Positions 14,365-23,540 are shown, numbered from the stretch's first letter. The stretch is 25,928 bases of DNA from a virus (IMGVR_UViG_3300016471_000700:1-25928); one strand, 5' to 3'. Made by a program: numbers and translations. The notes: generated by a model from the letters alone, not told the origin.

Positions 14365-15366
14365 TTACTCCCTACAATTAATTAAATTGTCTTTGAAAAT
14401 TTTCCATGCTTCCAGCCAACTCCATCGATAACTATGATTTATCACATCTTGGCGATTTAATTCAAGACATTTTTCAATGGCCATATTTAAACCTTCATAC
14501 AAAAAACCTGTTTTACCCTCATCAACAACATCCAATGGACCTTGTGTTGGGTACGCCGCCACAGGTGTCCCGCAGGCCATGGCTTCAATCATTACAATAC
14601 CAAATGTTTCCCAGCGTGACGGAAATACAAATACATCAGCATTGGCATAGTAAGCAGCCAATTCTTTGCCAGTTTTAAACCCAACAAATTCTACATCATT
14701 ATATTTCTCCCTCAAAGTTTTTAAATACGGCCCATCACCAACAAATATTTTTTTAGAATTTGGGTACTTAATTGAACAAAAGGCATCAAGGTTTTTTTCT
14801 TTGCTTGCTCTTGATACACATAACAAAATAATTTCTTTTTTTGTTTTGTTTCGATAATTGGAGTTGAAAATTGTCCTGTCAACACCCCGAGACCAGGGGA
14901 CAATATTTGTTGTAAGGCCATGTTGTTTCAATTGTTGCACCATACTATCGGTTGTTGTTAAAACCTTACCAGTATGTTTGTGAAACCATTTTATGTAACG
15001 CCAAGTAATGGTCTCAGGAACTCCGAAAAGGGTTTTAAGCCCTTCAGGAAATTTAGTGTGATAAGCAGTATTGTAACGATAATGATGTTTTGTAAGATAT
15101 GCTCGAGCCCACAGACCAACAGGACCTTCTGTGGAGATGTGGATATAATTCGGAGATACCTTCTCAACCTTCTTGCCCATTTCCCTCGGATAGGCAACCT
15201 TGACTTCGTGATAGATAGGGCAATCAAAGTAGCGGAACTCATTGGGAGTAATGTAAACAACATTATAACCATCACGAATCGCACACGTTTCAATGTTTTT
15301 ATAAGTTGTGACGACACCATTTATTTGATTGGGTAAATTGTCCGTAACAATAAGTATAGTTTTCAC
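14365..15366 (-). CDS. GT4 glycosyltransferase, Agt-type (glycosyl-diacylglycerol synthase-like)
   Basis: ILIVTD..PNQINGVV, IHISTEGPVG, TAYHTKFPE, WSRGVD, EKNL, FPSRWETFGIVMIEAMACGTPVAAYP. Confidence 0.85.
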   Translation of the reverse strand: MKTILIVTDNLPNQINGVVTTYKNIETCAIRDGYNVVYITPNEFRYFDCPIYHEVKVAYPREMGKKVEKVSPNYIHISTEGPVGLWARAYLTKHHYRYNTAYHTKFPEGLKTLFGVPETITWRYIKWFHKHTGKVLTTTDSMVQQLKQHGLTTNIVPWSRGVDRTIFNSNYRNKTKKEIILLCVSRASKEKNLDAFCSIKYPNSKKIFVGDGPYLKTLREKYNDVEFVGFKTGKELAAYYANADVFVFPSRWETFGIVMIEAMACGTPVAAYPTQGPLDVVDEGKTGFLYEGLNMAIEKCLELNRQDVINHSYRWSWLEAWKIFKDNLINCRE

Positions 15367-15372
15367 AATTAA

Positions 15373-16155
15373 TTAAATTTCAATAGTGCATACTCGATAT
15401 TTTTCACGATTCCAATCCTCTCTTCGTCCGCGTGGGTTACTTATAAATTTCATGTGCTTGTAGGGTATATTTTTTGTGTCATGATTATGACCAAAACACC
15501 AATATTTACATTTTTGATGAATGTCAGCATCTAAAGCCCATTGATACCTTGAATTTCCGTAGCAACCTACCATATCTAAGTCTGGAGGGTATCTATTCCA
15601 ACTTATACAACTTGAATGTGGTAAACTATGTGTAACGACTACAATATTTTTTACATTGACATTTAATGTGGATTGCGTCATCATATCACTTAAATAATTT
15701 GCATCACATAAACTTTGATGAAGTTGATTGGCTATAATCGTGTCATTAAACCCGTGTTTCATTATTCCTTTAGCAATTGTTTGTTCCATTTTTATGTTTG
15801 GCTCACCAAAATCAAAACTCCACCAACCGCAAACTCCTATAAATTTAACTTTGTCAAAAATTGGTTGCAACACACTAAGATATATAGCTGATGTTTGAGA
15901 GATACAACCTCTCCAGTATTGAATTGATTGTTTTAAATTTTCCATTGAGTTCTGATGCTCATGATTACCATCAACAACTAAAACATTGTCATAGTAATGA
16001 GTTAATTTACTTAAATATTCACAAGTTATATCAACACTGTCGCTCGTATCTCCTGCGACAACAAGTATATCACTGTTTTGACTATGAAGCCAGTCAAATT
16101 CATAACTTTGCCCCCAATGATCAATGTGCAAATCACTCACCAAATCAAATTTCAT
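15373..16155 (-). CDS. calcineurin-like metallophosphoesterase
   Basis: SDLH, AGD, GNHE, THSLP, GHNH motifs. Confidence 0.9.
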   Translation of the reverse strand: MKFDLVSDLHIDHWGQSYEFDWLHSQNSDILVVAGDTSDSVDITCEYLSKLTHYYDNVLVVDGNHEHQNSMENLKQSIQYWRGCISQTSAIYLSVLQPIFDKVKFIGVCGWWSFDFGEPNIKMEQTIAKGIMKHGFNDTIIANQLHQSLCDANYLSDMMTQSTLNVNVKNIVVVTHSLPHSSCISWNRYPPDLDMVGCYGNSRYQWALDADIHQKCKYWCFGHNHDTKNIPYKHMKFISNPRGRREDWNREKYRVCTIEI

Positions 16156-16913
16156 TGTTCCTTCGCATCAGAATTTATGTGTTGATGATGTATAATTTCC
16201 CATTTGCCATCGTAGTGTTCTACAAGTGCGGTGCATGATTCAACCCAATCTCCATCATTCATGTAGATGATTCCGTTGATTTCTTTGATTTCGGCTTTAT
16301 GGATGTGTCCACAAATAACTCCGTCAAAACCACGCTTGCGACAATAGTCAGTAAGATTACGCTCGTACTGATAAATAAAATCCACAGCCCGCTTGACTTT
16401 ATGCTTAAGATATTTAGATAAACTCCAATAACCAAATCCAAATTTATGCCTCCACCAATTAAATTTAGTATTAAAACTTATGAGAATTTCATATGCGCGA
16501 TCACCAATAAAACTAATCCAGGGTGCTAACCTTGTTATTCCATCAAATAAATCTCCATGAATTACAAGGTACTTCTTGCCGTCTAAGCCCTCGTGTGTAA
16601 ATTGATTAGCAATTTGTATTTTGCCAAAGGTAATGCCGTAAGGAATCATAGGCCGCAAAAATTCATCATGATTCCCCGCTATGTAAATAACTTCAGAACC
16701 TTGTTTAGCATAGCCTAGGATTTTTCTTACGACATTGCTGTGTGTTTGTTTCCAATACCACTTATTACTTTGAATTTTCCATCCATCTACTATATCACCT
16801 ATAAGATATAATTTTTCTGCCGAGTTTATTTTCAAAAAATTAATCAATAAGTCTGCCTTACAACCCCTACTGCCTAAATGTATATCCGATATAAAGATAG
16901 ATCGATAGTTCAT
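16152..16913 (-). CDS. PlcP/LpxH2-type metallophosphoesterase (phospholipase C-like)
   Basis: YRSIFISDIHLGSRGC, GDIVDGW, WYW, GNHDEFLR, HGDLFD, CGHIH, YMNDGDWVESCTALVE. Confidence 0.85.
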   Translation of the reverse strand: MNYRSIFISDIHLGSRGCKADLLINFLKINSAEKLYLIGDIVDGWKIQSNKWYWKQTHSNVVRKILGYAKQGSEVIYIAGNHDEFLRPMIPYGITFGKIQIANQFTHEGLDGKKYLVIHGDLFDGITRLAPWISFIGDRAYEILISFNTKFNWWRHKFGFGYWSLSKYLKHKVKRAVDFIYQYERNLTDYCRKRGFDGVICGHIHKAEIKEINGIIYMNDGDWVESCTALVEHYDGKWEIIHHQHINSDAKEQ

Positions 16914-16923
16914 GAGTGCTGAT

Positions 16924-17127
16924 TTAAATTACCTCTGTTTCTTCAACTGCTTTTTCCTCACTTGGTTTTGAAGTAACACTTTGAATACTAAAATTTACAT
17001 CATCAAACGAAGTAAGTTCTTCAAGTAACCCTTTAATTTTTTCTAAAAGGTCGATTTGTGAGAGTTCATTGTTACTTTTAACAGAAAAATTAACTCTAAG
17101 ATCCCAAACAGTCATTTCTAATTTCAT
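16924..17127 (-). CDS. hypothetical acidic protein
   Basis: 67 aa, GGAG RBS. Confidence 0.7.
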   Translation of the reverse strand: MKLEMTVWDLRVNFSVKSNNELSQIDLLEKIKGLLEELTSFDDVNFSIQSVTSKPSEEKAVEETEVI

Positions 17128-17179
17128 TTTTTTCTCCGATGTTAATTATTTGAAGCGGTCGCTTCGGGTTACTTAGAAA

Positions 17180-17335
17180 TTATTGTTCCTTAAATAAAAC
17201 TGTAATATTTACCCATTCGTAGGCATCCTCTTCATTGTCAAAATACGGACTTACAACATGATCATTTTCGTTTATCCAAAACCAAGTATAACTGTTCATT
17301 CCCATGTCTCTATATTTAATTAGATCGTATTTCAT
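17180..17335 (-). CDS. hypothetical phage protein
   Basis: Probable start MKYDLI. Confidence 0.6.
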   Translation of the reverse strand: MKYDLIKYRDMGMNSYTWFWINENDHVVSPYFDNEEDAYEWVNITVLFKEQ

Positions 17336-17351
17336 TGTATAAAATGTATGA

Positions 17352-17609
17352 TTAAAAAACAAATTTTTCTGTGGGGTCACAGTGTGTAATAAAATTTAAA
17401 AACTTTACAGCTTGATCTTCATTGTTAAAATACCGTATAATTGTTTGGCCGGTAAACGTTGATACATAAAAAAATAAAATTGTTTCATCTTTCAAAATTG
17501 AATATTTTATCCACCAACCATTCTTGTTCACTGGAGTGTACGAAATATTTAATTTTTCAAATTCTTTGAACGATTGTGTTTTTTCTGAATTTTTAATTTT
17601 TTTGTGCAT
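17352..17609 (-). CDS. hypothetical phage protein
   Basis: 85-aa ORF. Confidence 0.65.
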   Translation of the reverse strand: MHKKIKNSEKTQSFKEFEKLNISYTPVNKNGWWIKYSILKDETILFFYVSTFTGQTIIRYFNNEDQAVKFLNFITHCDPTEKFVF

Positions 17610-17624
17610 ACTTTTATGTATGCC

Positions 17625-18038
17625 TTAAAAACATTTAGTCATGTTAAATTTTATGTGATTTTTGCGAATTTTTACAGCTATCCAATCATTATAATACTTG
17701 TCCGACTCTAATACACGCCGGTCGATTTGTTCTCTTAATTCCAAGTAAGCACAATCTGACCGTGTGGCACATAGGTGTAAAATCTCCCGGCAAAAATGTT
17801 GTTCGCCAAGTCTTTTTATATCTTCAAGTAAGGTTTTGTTAGACCCCCAGTAGGTTAACCAATCTGAGGGCTTTCGAATTTTTTTACGTTTACCTTTTAT
17901 GGTTTTGTAACTAGCTCTACTAAAAAATTTTTTGCCAATGTATTGTTTTTCATTTTGCAGGTTGGTAATGCAATATATAAATCCATAATTAGAACCAATA
18001 TGCTCTTCACAAAATTCTTGGTTTTTATATAACCACAT
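17625..18038 (-). CDS. GIY-YIG (Seg-like) domain protein conserved in T4-like phages
   Basis: YGFIYCITN...YIGKK...W.TYWGS...REIL...YYN. Confidence 0.8.
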   Translation of the reverse strand: MWLYKNQEFCEEHIGSNYGFIYCITNLQNEKQYIGKKFFSRASYKTIKGKRKKIRKPSDWLTYWGSNKTLLEDIKRLGEQHFCREILHLCATRSDCAYLELREQIDRRVLESDKYYNDWIAVKIRKNHIKFNMTKCF

Positions 18039-18045
18039 TATTTAA

Positions 18046-19035
18046 TCATGCAACCTTAGCCCAGACATCAGCCCAAGATCCAGTCAATGCACCTTTAGCA
18101 TAATCTGTGGTTCTATTTTCAAAAAAGTTGGTGTGAATTGGTGCATTGATTTGTTCTTCAACCCAAGGCAATGGGTTCTTTTTGACTTTCATAATTCCTT
18201 TAAGACCCAAACTGATAAGACGGCGGTCAGCAATATAGCGGATATAACGTTTAACGTCAGCAGCGTCCAAATCAGCCATAGGTACCACGCCGAATGCCAA
18301 ATCAATAAACTTATCTTCAAGCTCCACCATTTTGGTAGCAATCGTGTAAATTTGTGATTTAAGACTGTCATTCCAGATTTCTTTATTTTCTTCTATGTAG
18401 GTGCGAAACAATTTAATCATGGCTTCAGCATGTTGTGTTTCATCAACAATCGACCATGTTACAATTTGTCCCATACCTTTCATTACACCATGACGAGGAA
18501 AATTAAGAAGCATAATAAAAGAACTAAAGAGCTGCATGCCTTCTGTAAATGCCGAGAACGCAGCAATGTGTGTGGCAGTAGATTCTTTAGTGGTATTTTT
18601 TGAACTAATATCTAAAAGGTAGTCATGTTTTTCTTTCATCTCAGAATACTGCAAAAACTCATTGTATGTGGTTTCGGGCATTCCTAATGATTCAATTAAA
18701 TGTGAGTATGCAGCAATATGTAAAGCCTCTCTTGCAGCAAACCCACAAAGCATCATCCGAATTTCTGGTTGTGGAAAATATGGTAAATAATTTTTAACAT
18801 ATCCACCTGCAACATCAATATCGCCCTGTGTAAAGAAACGAAAAATGTTAGTGAGAAATTTCTTTTCGTGCTCTGTTAACTTATTTTTCCAGTCTTTTAC
18901 ATCTTCTAAAAGAGGACATTCTGTATGTAACCAGTGACTTTGTTCATGCCTAAGCCAGGCCTCATAAGCCCATGGATAATTAAAGGGTTTATAGTGATTT
19001 CGTTCTTCTGTTAATTTAGATTTCTTTTTTACCAT
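18046..19035 (-). CDS. nrdB: ribonucleotide reductase class Ia beta subunit
   Basis: FFTQGD, EALHIAAY (radical Tyr), EGMQLFSSF, DETQH, NFFE. Confidence 0.97.
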   Translation of the reverse strand: MVKKKSKLTEERNHYKPFNYPWAYEAWLRHEQSHWLHTECPLLEDVKDWKNKLTEHEKKFLTNIFRFFTQGDIDVAGGYVKNYLPYFPQPEIRMMLCGFAAREALHIAAYSHLIESLGMPETTYNEFLQYSEMKEKHDYLLDISSKNTTKESTATHIAAFSAFTEGMQLFSSFIMLLNFPRHGVMKGMGQIVTWSIVDETQHAEAMIKLFRTYIEENKEIWNDSLKSQIYTIATKMVELEDKFIDLAFGVVPMADLDAADVKRYIRYIADRRLISLGLKGIMKVKKNPLPWVEEQINAPIHTNFFENRTTDYAKGALTGSWADVWAKVA

Positions 19036-19078
19036 TTATTATTTCCTTTTTGTCATAACTGACATGTATCTGCGAGGG

Positions 19079-20872
19079 TTATTCACAAGCTAGGCAGGTT
19101 TCTTCAGTTGCTAATTGTTTTAAATCCAATTCTTCAATAATTTTACGTTCTACTTTTTTAGAGACTTTATCAGCTTTCGAAATCTTCTCGCTGCGGCAGT
19201 AGTAAAGCGTTTTGAGTCCTTGCTTCCATGCCAAGAAGTGTACTGCATGAATGTATTTAATGTTTGAGTTCGGTCTGAAAAAGAGATTGAGACTTTGCGC
19301 TTGGTCAATATAGGGCTGGCGATCAGCGGCATGCTGTACGATCCATCTTTGGTCGATTTCCATTGATGTCTTAAATACATCTTTTGTCCAGTCATCAAGA
19401 AATTCAAGATGTTGAACACTCCCATCGTTTGCGATAATACTTGACCAGATTTCGTTGTAGTCCAACTTAGAATCGGCATCACATTTCTCCTTAATAATTT
19501 TATCGAGCCATTTATTTTTATTCAAATGAGAACCTGATAAAGTATCTTGACGATAAGCATTTGCTCTATATGGTTCAATACTTGGGCTGGTATTTCCCAT
19601 GATTATGCTACTTGAAGCATTAGGTGCTATAGCTGTCATATGAGAAAACCTTTTGCCTGTACCAATAGCATCGGGAGCCTCACCTCTTTCTTTTCCTAGT
19701 TCGACATTTGCAGCATCCAACCCTTCACGGATATGTTTGAACATCAATCTATTTTTGCTTGATGCGAGGGCGGATTCAAAAGGTATAGAATTCCTTTGTA
19801 AGTAAGCATGATAGCCGAGAGCGCCCACACCAATGCTACGCTCACGAGTAGCAGAATATTTAGCCCTTGATACAGTATCAGGAGCATTATCAATAAAGTG
19901 CTGCAATACATTATCGAGCATTTCAGCAACGTCCCGAAGAAAAAGTTTATCATTTTTCCAGTCATCATAATACTCCAAATTTACAGATGATAAACAACAT
20001 ACCGCTGTTCTTTCTTTATCAGTAGGCAAAATAATTTCAGAACACAGATTGCTTTGACGAATTTTTAAACCAATCTTTTTTTGAAATTCTGGTAAAGCTT
20101 CATTGCTTGTATCAATGAAATGTAAATATGGCTCACCAGTTTGCATCCTAAGTTCTAGAACACGTTGCCATAGTTCACGAGCAGAAACTTTCTCTCTTAC
20201 TGTACCGTTGTGTGGGTCTTTAAGTTCCCATGTATCATCGGCTTTTGGGTCAAGCATACACTTTTCAAGTATACGCATAAAATCATCAGAGATATTAATA
20301 CCATGGTGTAAATTCAGTGCCCTCATATTAGGATCACCGGTGGGTTTACGCATGTCCAAAAACATTAGAATATCAGGATGAGAAATATCAAGGTATGCAG
20401 CATAAGAACCACGACGAGTCCTACCTTGTCTATAAGCGAGAGATGATGCGTCATATGTGCGAAGATGGGGCATGACTCCAACACTTTTATCATCCGCTGA
20501 ACGAATACCGATTCCAATTCCTACTCCTCCACCGAGCATTGAGAGCCAGTTGACCTCCGATAACGTGTCGACCAAACCTTCAGCACTATCATCCAAATAA
20601 GGTAGAAAGCAACTAATAGGAAGACCCCGCTTCGAGCGTCCATAAGAGAGTATTGGTGTGCTATAGCTAAGCCAGTGCATAGAGCTATAATTATAAAGAC
20701 GCTGACTGTGTTCTGGATTTGATCCAAACGATGCTGATACATATGCAAATCTCTCTTGTGGTGATTTTTCATCTTCTCTCATGTAGGATTCTTTTAATCG
20801 TTTGACACCAAGGTCATCAAATAAATTATCACGAGAAAAGTCTACCTTGATACCGTGAACGATATTGTCCAT
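19079..20872 (-). CDS. nrdA: ribonucleotide reductase class Ia alpha subunit (short, no ATP cone apparent)
   Basis: ISCF, QSNLCSEI, APNASSS, KTLYY, C-terminal CLAC; start MDNIVH with GGAG RBS. Confidence 0.97.
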   Translation of the reverse strand: MDNIVHGIKVDFSRDNLFDDLGVKRLKESYMREDEKSPQERFAYVSASFGSNPEHSQRLYNYSSMHWLSYSTPILSYGRSKRGLPISCFLPYLDDSAEGLVDTLSEVNWLSMLGGGVGIGIGIRSADDKSVGVMPHLRTYDASSLAYRQGRTRRGSYAAYLDISHPDILMFLDMRKPTGDPNMRALNLHHGINISDDFMRILEKCMLDPKADDTWELKDPHNGTVREKVSARELWQRVLELRMQTGEPYLHFIDTSNEALPEFQKKIGLKIRQSNLCSEIILPTDKERTAVCCLSSVNLEYYDDWKNDKLFLRDVAEMLDNVLQHFIDNAPDTVSRAKYSATRERSIGVGALGYHAYLQRNSIPFESALASSKNRLMFKHIREGLDAANVELGKERGEAPDAIGTGKRFSHMTAIAPNASSSIIMGNTSPSIEPYRANAYRQDTLSGSHLNKNKWLDKIIKEKCDADSKLDYNEIWSSIIANDGSVQHLEFLDDWTKDVFKTSMEIDQRWIVQHAADRQPYIDQAQSLNLFFRPNSNIKYIHAVHFLAWKQGLKTLYYCRSEKISKADKVSKKVERKIIEELDLKQLATEETCLACE

Positions 20873-20885
20873 AAATGCTCCGTTA

Positions 20886-21557
20886 TTATTGTTGTGTTGC
20901 GAATTCTCGGGCCATTGGAAATATGTTACCAATGACTTCAGCACAGGCTAGTGCTATATCTCTATGTTCTTTTTGTGTACCGTTGGCTGAGCGGAGTTCT
21001 ATGTAATGAATCCAAGAACGAAGTGTGCCGTTCATGTACATACGAGAGACAGTATTACCTTCTGGTAAAACAACTCTAGCAACTTCTTTGGCAATACCTT
21101 CTTTGATGGCCCATTCATATGCAGCTCGGGCCTCATGTATAACACGGCGCTGTGCCATTTCCCATTTTTTCTGAAGTCTTTCGTCATCAATTTCTATGGA
21201 ATTTTGGCGGTTTTTATTGTCTTGTAAACGTGCCTCACGAACTTCAAAATCTAAATCTTGTGTGGGATCAGCATATCGTTGGCTGAATTCTTGAAATGAA
21301 AATGACCGATGCCTCAATATTTGTCTCGCTATATCTCTGGTAGTTTCAATCTCTAAGCAAGCAGAAACAAGTTCCATTGGACTCCAATGTTTATGTTTGA
21401 TTAGATATTTAATCAATTTTTCAGATGTTTCTGTATTATATTGATTATTTGGATTTGATACTCTGGCGCAAAAAGATATTAAATCTTGAGCATTTTTTAT
21501 TTCACTGTCCAACATCTCTTGCGTTGGTTGTGAATATGAAATCAATTTAACTTTCAT
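20886..21557 (-). CDS. thyX: flavin-dependent thymidylate synthase
   Basis: RHRSFSFQEFSQRY motif; start MKVKLI. Confidence 0.97.
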   Translation of the reverse strand: MKVKLISYSQPTQEMLDSEIKNAQDLISFCARVSNPNNQYNTETSEKLIKYLIKHKHWSPMELVSACLEIETTRDIARQILRHRSFSFQEFSQRYADPTQDLDFEVREARLQDNKNRQNSIEIDDERLQKKWEMAQRRVIHEARAAYEWAIKEGIAKEVARVVLPEGNTVSRMYMNGTLRSWIHYIELRSANGTQKEHRDIALACAEVIGNIFPMAREFATQQ

Positions 21558-22119
21558 AATACATTCCTTCTTTCCACTCTTCACCTGGTTTATCTTTACT
21601 ACGTTTTCTTTTTCCTGATGGATTAACCCACCATTTTGAACCACTCACCTTTTCATGCCAAGCTTTCATCATGTCAAGTTCTTTTTCTCTACTGAGATTT
21701 TTTCTGGCTTTCTTAGCATTTTCTTTAGCCAAAACGGGGTCAGCATTTATAGCGTGAATACCAAGTTTCATATGAACCGTTTTCAATGCTGCTTCTCGGC
21801 TAATCACACTCTTTTGCTCTTTTGTAATTTTCTGAAAATTATGTTCACCTTTTTTCAATAATATTTTTTGATGTTTTGAAGCACATTCTCTAATCAATTC
21901 TTTCTGTTCATCGGTTCTAACTAAACGCATCAGTATGGCTTGAACTGCACCATAATCATTTTGCCTGTTGTGTATTTCCAGATGTTCTTCAATTGTTACA
22001 GCTAATAAATTTTCGGCGGTATTATTATTATGGTTTCCATCAATATGATGTATTTCCATACTTTTTGGTAACTTTTTACCATGATAATCTTGCCAAACCT
22101 TTACATATTTTTTACTCAT
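21547..22119 (-). CDS. free-standing HNH homing endonuclease
   Basis: EIHHIDGNHNNN..ENL...EEH..IH; C-terminal KWW.N...PG..W..G DNA-binding module; GAGGAG RBS before MSKKY. Confidence 0.85.
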   Translation of the reverse strand: MSKKYVKVWQDYHGKKLPKSMEIHHIDGNHNNNTAENLLAVTIEEHLEIHNRQNDYGAVQAILMRLVRTDEQKELIRECASKHQKILLKKGEHNFQKITKEQKSVISREAALKTVHMKLGIHAINADPVLAKENAKKARKNLSREKELDMMKAWHEKVSGSKWWVNPSGKRKRSKDKPGEEWKEGMYYES

Positions 22120-22148
22120 AACATTGGACTCCTCTTGAGTGTTTATGT

Positions 22149-22156
22149 TATTTAGT
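22149..22156 (-). promoter_or_regulatory. T4-type late promoter candidate for the HNH gene
   Basis: ACTAAATA between the primase stop and the HNH RBS. Confidence 0.55.
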
Positions 22157-22160
22157 AAAA

Positions 22161-23186
22161 TCATAATTTCTTCCACATGTTAAATTTTAGTTTCGCTGTT
22201 ATTCCATTGAATGTGTTACTACTTATAATATCTGAAATCTCACTTGGTGAAATACCACTCATCACCATCTCATTAATGTCTTTACCTTCAATTGATTCAG
22301 GCCAAATAACCACATTGTAATCTGTATCAATGGCCTTATTCATCATCTTTAATATTTCTTTGTTACGAGGTTCATTGTCAAATATCAATGTTATATCACC
22401 AGAGATTTCTTTTGCCGTTAAGACTAAGTTGGCATCACCTGAAGCTAGACAGTTATTTAGAAAAAGGGAATCTAATGGACCTTCAACCAAGAGTATTTTT
22501 TCCGATGATTTCATTCTATCGAGACCATAAATCAATTTGTTTTGTGATTGATTTGTTCGCACCGTGACATACCGAAGAGATTTATCACTGGTTTCAAGGG
22601 CTCTACCAGAAACAGCAATTAAATCATTGTTTTCATCATAGAAAGGTATCACCAGTCGTGCATCATTAGTTAGTTGTTTTCCATGCTCGGAATAAATTGA
22701 TGTAACAAAATCTGCGTACTTGCTTGTAAAGAGCAGTAACTTATACGCATCCTTTGGTATCTTTCGTCTTTTTAGGTACTCTAAGCAAAAATGTCCAGAT
22801 GGTAACCTGTCGCACCATTCAGCATATTCGAAAATTTTTTGCTTCTGTAGTTTTCCAAATTTTGGTGAGGGTATTTGTAATACTGAGTTGATTGGACCGG
22901 CATTATTGGTCCGACCGGAGGTGTACCTTTCAAGGACATATTCTTTGTATAGGGAAGCATCAATGTGTTTAATGAGGTTACCAACATTCGTACTGGCTCC
23001 GCAATTGTGGCAACGATAGAAATAATCATTACCTTTTGAAAAAGCATAACCTCGAGCCTTTGCCTGATTTTTCTTTGAATCGCCACAAATAGGGCAAGAA
23101 AAATTGAAAAGGCCTTCTTTCTTCTGCTTGAAATTCCTAAGGCGAGAAGAAACTAACCTGAGATATTTAGTGTCAATTGATAGCAT
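22161..23186 (-). CDS. DNA primase (T4 gp61-like)
   Basis: CPICGDS...CHNC zinc finger, RLVIPF, VEGPLDSLF, IFDNEPRN, KDINEM (TOPRIM). Confidence 0.95.
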   Translation of the reverse strand: MLSIDTKYLRLVSSRLRNFKQKKEGLFNFSCPICGDSKKNQAKARGYAFSKGNDYFYRCHNCGASTNVGNLIKHIDASLYKEYVLERYTSGRTNNAGPINSVLQIPSPKFGKLQKQKIFEYAEWCDRLPSGHFCLEYLKRRKIPKDAYKLLLFTSKYADFVTSIYSEHGKQLTNDARLVIPFYDENNDLIAVSGRALETSDKSLRYVTVRTNQSQNKLIYGLDRMKSSEKILLVEGPLDSLFLNNCLASGDANLVLTAKEISGDITLIFDNEPRNKEILKMMNKAIDTDYNVVIWPESIEGKDINEMVMSGISPSEISDIISSNTFNGITAKLKFNMWKKL

Positions 23187-23194
23187 AACGATCC

Positions 23195-23223
23195 ATTATA
23201 AAACACCCGAAGGCGTAAGTCAA
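23195..23223 (-). promoter_or_regulatory. sigma70 promoter for the primase operon
   Basis: TTGACT(23218-23223)-17-TATAAT(23195-23200), 8 nt before the ATG. Confidence 0.8.
23200..23216 (-). terminator. UUCG-tetraloop terminator candidate closing the lysis operon
   Basis: ACGCC-TTCG-GGTGT followed by TTT, right after the stop at 23220. Confidence 0.55.
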
Positions 23224-23540
23224 GCGAAAGATTTAATTATATCCGCAATTTTATTAAAATGTCCACTAATCCAAGTGACAAATGCAATGCCCCCGCCAAC
23301 AAACCAGATAACTCGATCTCTTTCTTTTTTAATTTTGTTAATTTCCTCTGCCAAAGCTTTATGTTGAGAACAAGACGCATCATACATCGTGTCTAGTTTT
23401 TCAGTCAAAGAAGAACGAGTCCGATCAACACAATCATGTAAATCTTTTATGTCAACTTTTATTTCATCAATTTTTTCATTTAAATTTTCTACTTTAGTTT
23501 CAACAATACTTAAACGTTCGTTTGTTGCCGACATAATCAT
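23220..23540 (-). CDS. coiled-coil protein with C-terminal TM (holin/XhlA-like)
   Basis: Heptad-rich N-terminus, VIWFVGGGIAFVTWI; lysis-cassette context. Confidence 0.6.
   Translation of the reverse strand: MIMSATNERLSIVETKVENLNEKIDEIKVDIKDLHDCVDRTRSSLTEKLDTMYDASCSQHKALAEEINKIKKERDRVIWFVGGGIAFVTWISGHFNKIADIIKSFA

Noticed and set aside
16152-16913. Annotation as the lipid A enzyme LpxH
   Set aside because: The GNHD motif and linkage to an Agt-like GT4 fit the PlcP/LpxH2 group better; phylogeny is needed to settle it.
16914-17180. Pho box upstream of the plcP-like gene
   Set aside because: No tandem CTGTCAT-like 11-bp repeats are visible; only a short GAAGCG/CGCTTC inverted repeat at 17152-17165 with no U-tract.
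19051-19064. TGTCA-TAAC-TGACA palindrome between nrdA and nrdB
   Set aside because: Single 5-bp-arm instance that does not match the NrdR box or the N8 motif; could be chance.
13742-20772. Alternative-frame minus-strand ORFs (13742-13930, 14721-14921, 14991-15320, 16259-16441, 18189-18371, 19150-19482, 19744-19968, 20521-20772)
   Set aside because: They are nested in or overlap stronger genes in another frame and have no motifs.
18046-20872. Introns or inteins in nrdA/nrdB
   Set aside because: Both frames are continuous and compact, with no splicing motifs.
20873-22176. Longer upstream starts in the ORF track for nrdA (20944), thyX (21644) and HNH (22176), also 6951, 5185 and 2112
   Set aside because: They overlap upstream genes or promoters, whereas the downstream ATGs have an RBS or sit at the predicted +1.
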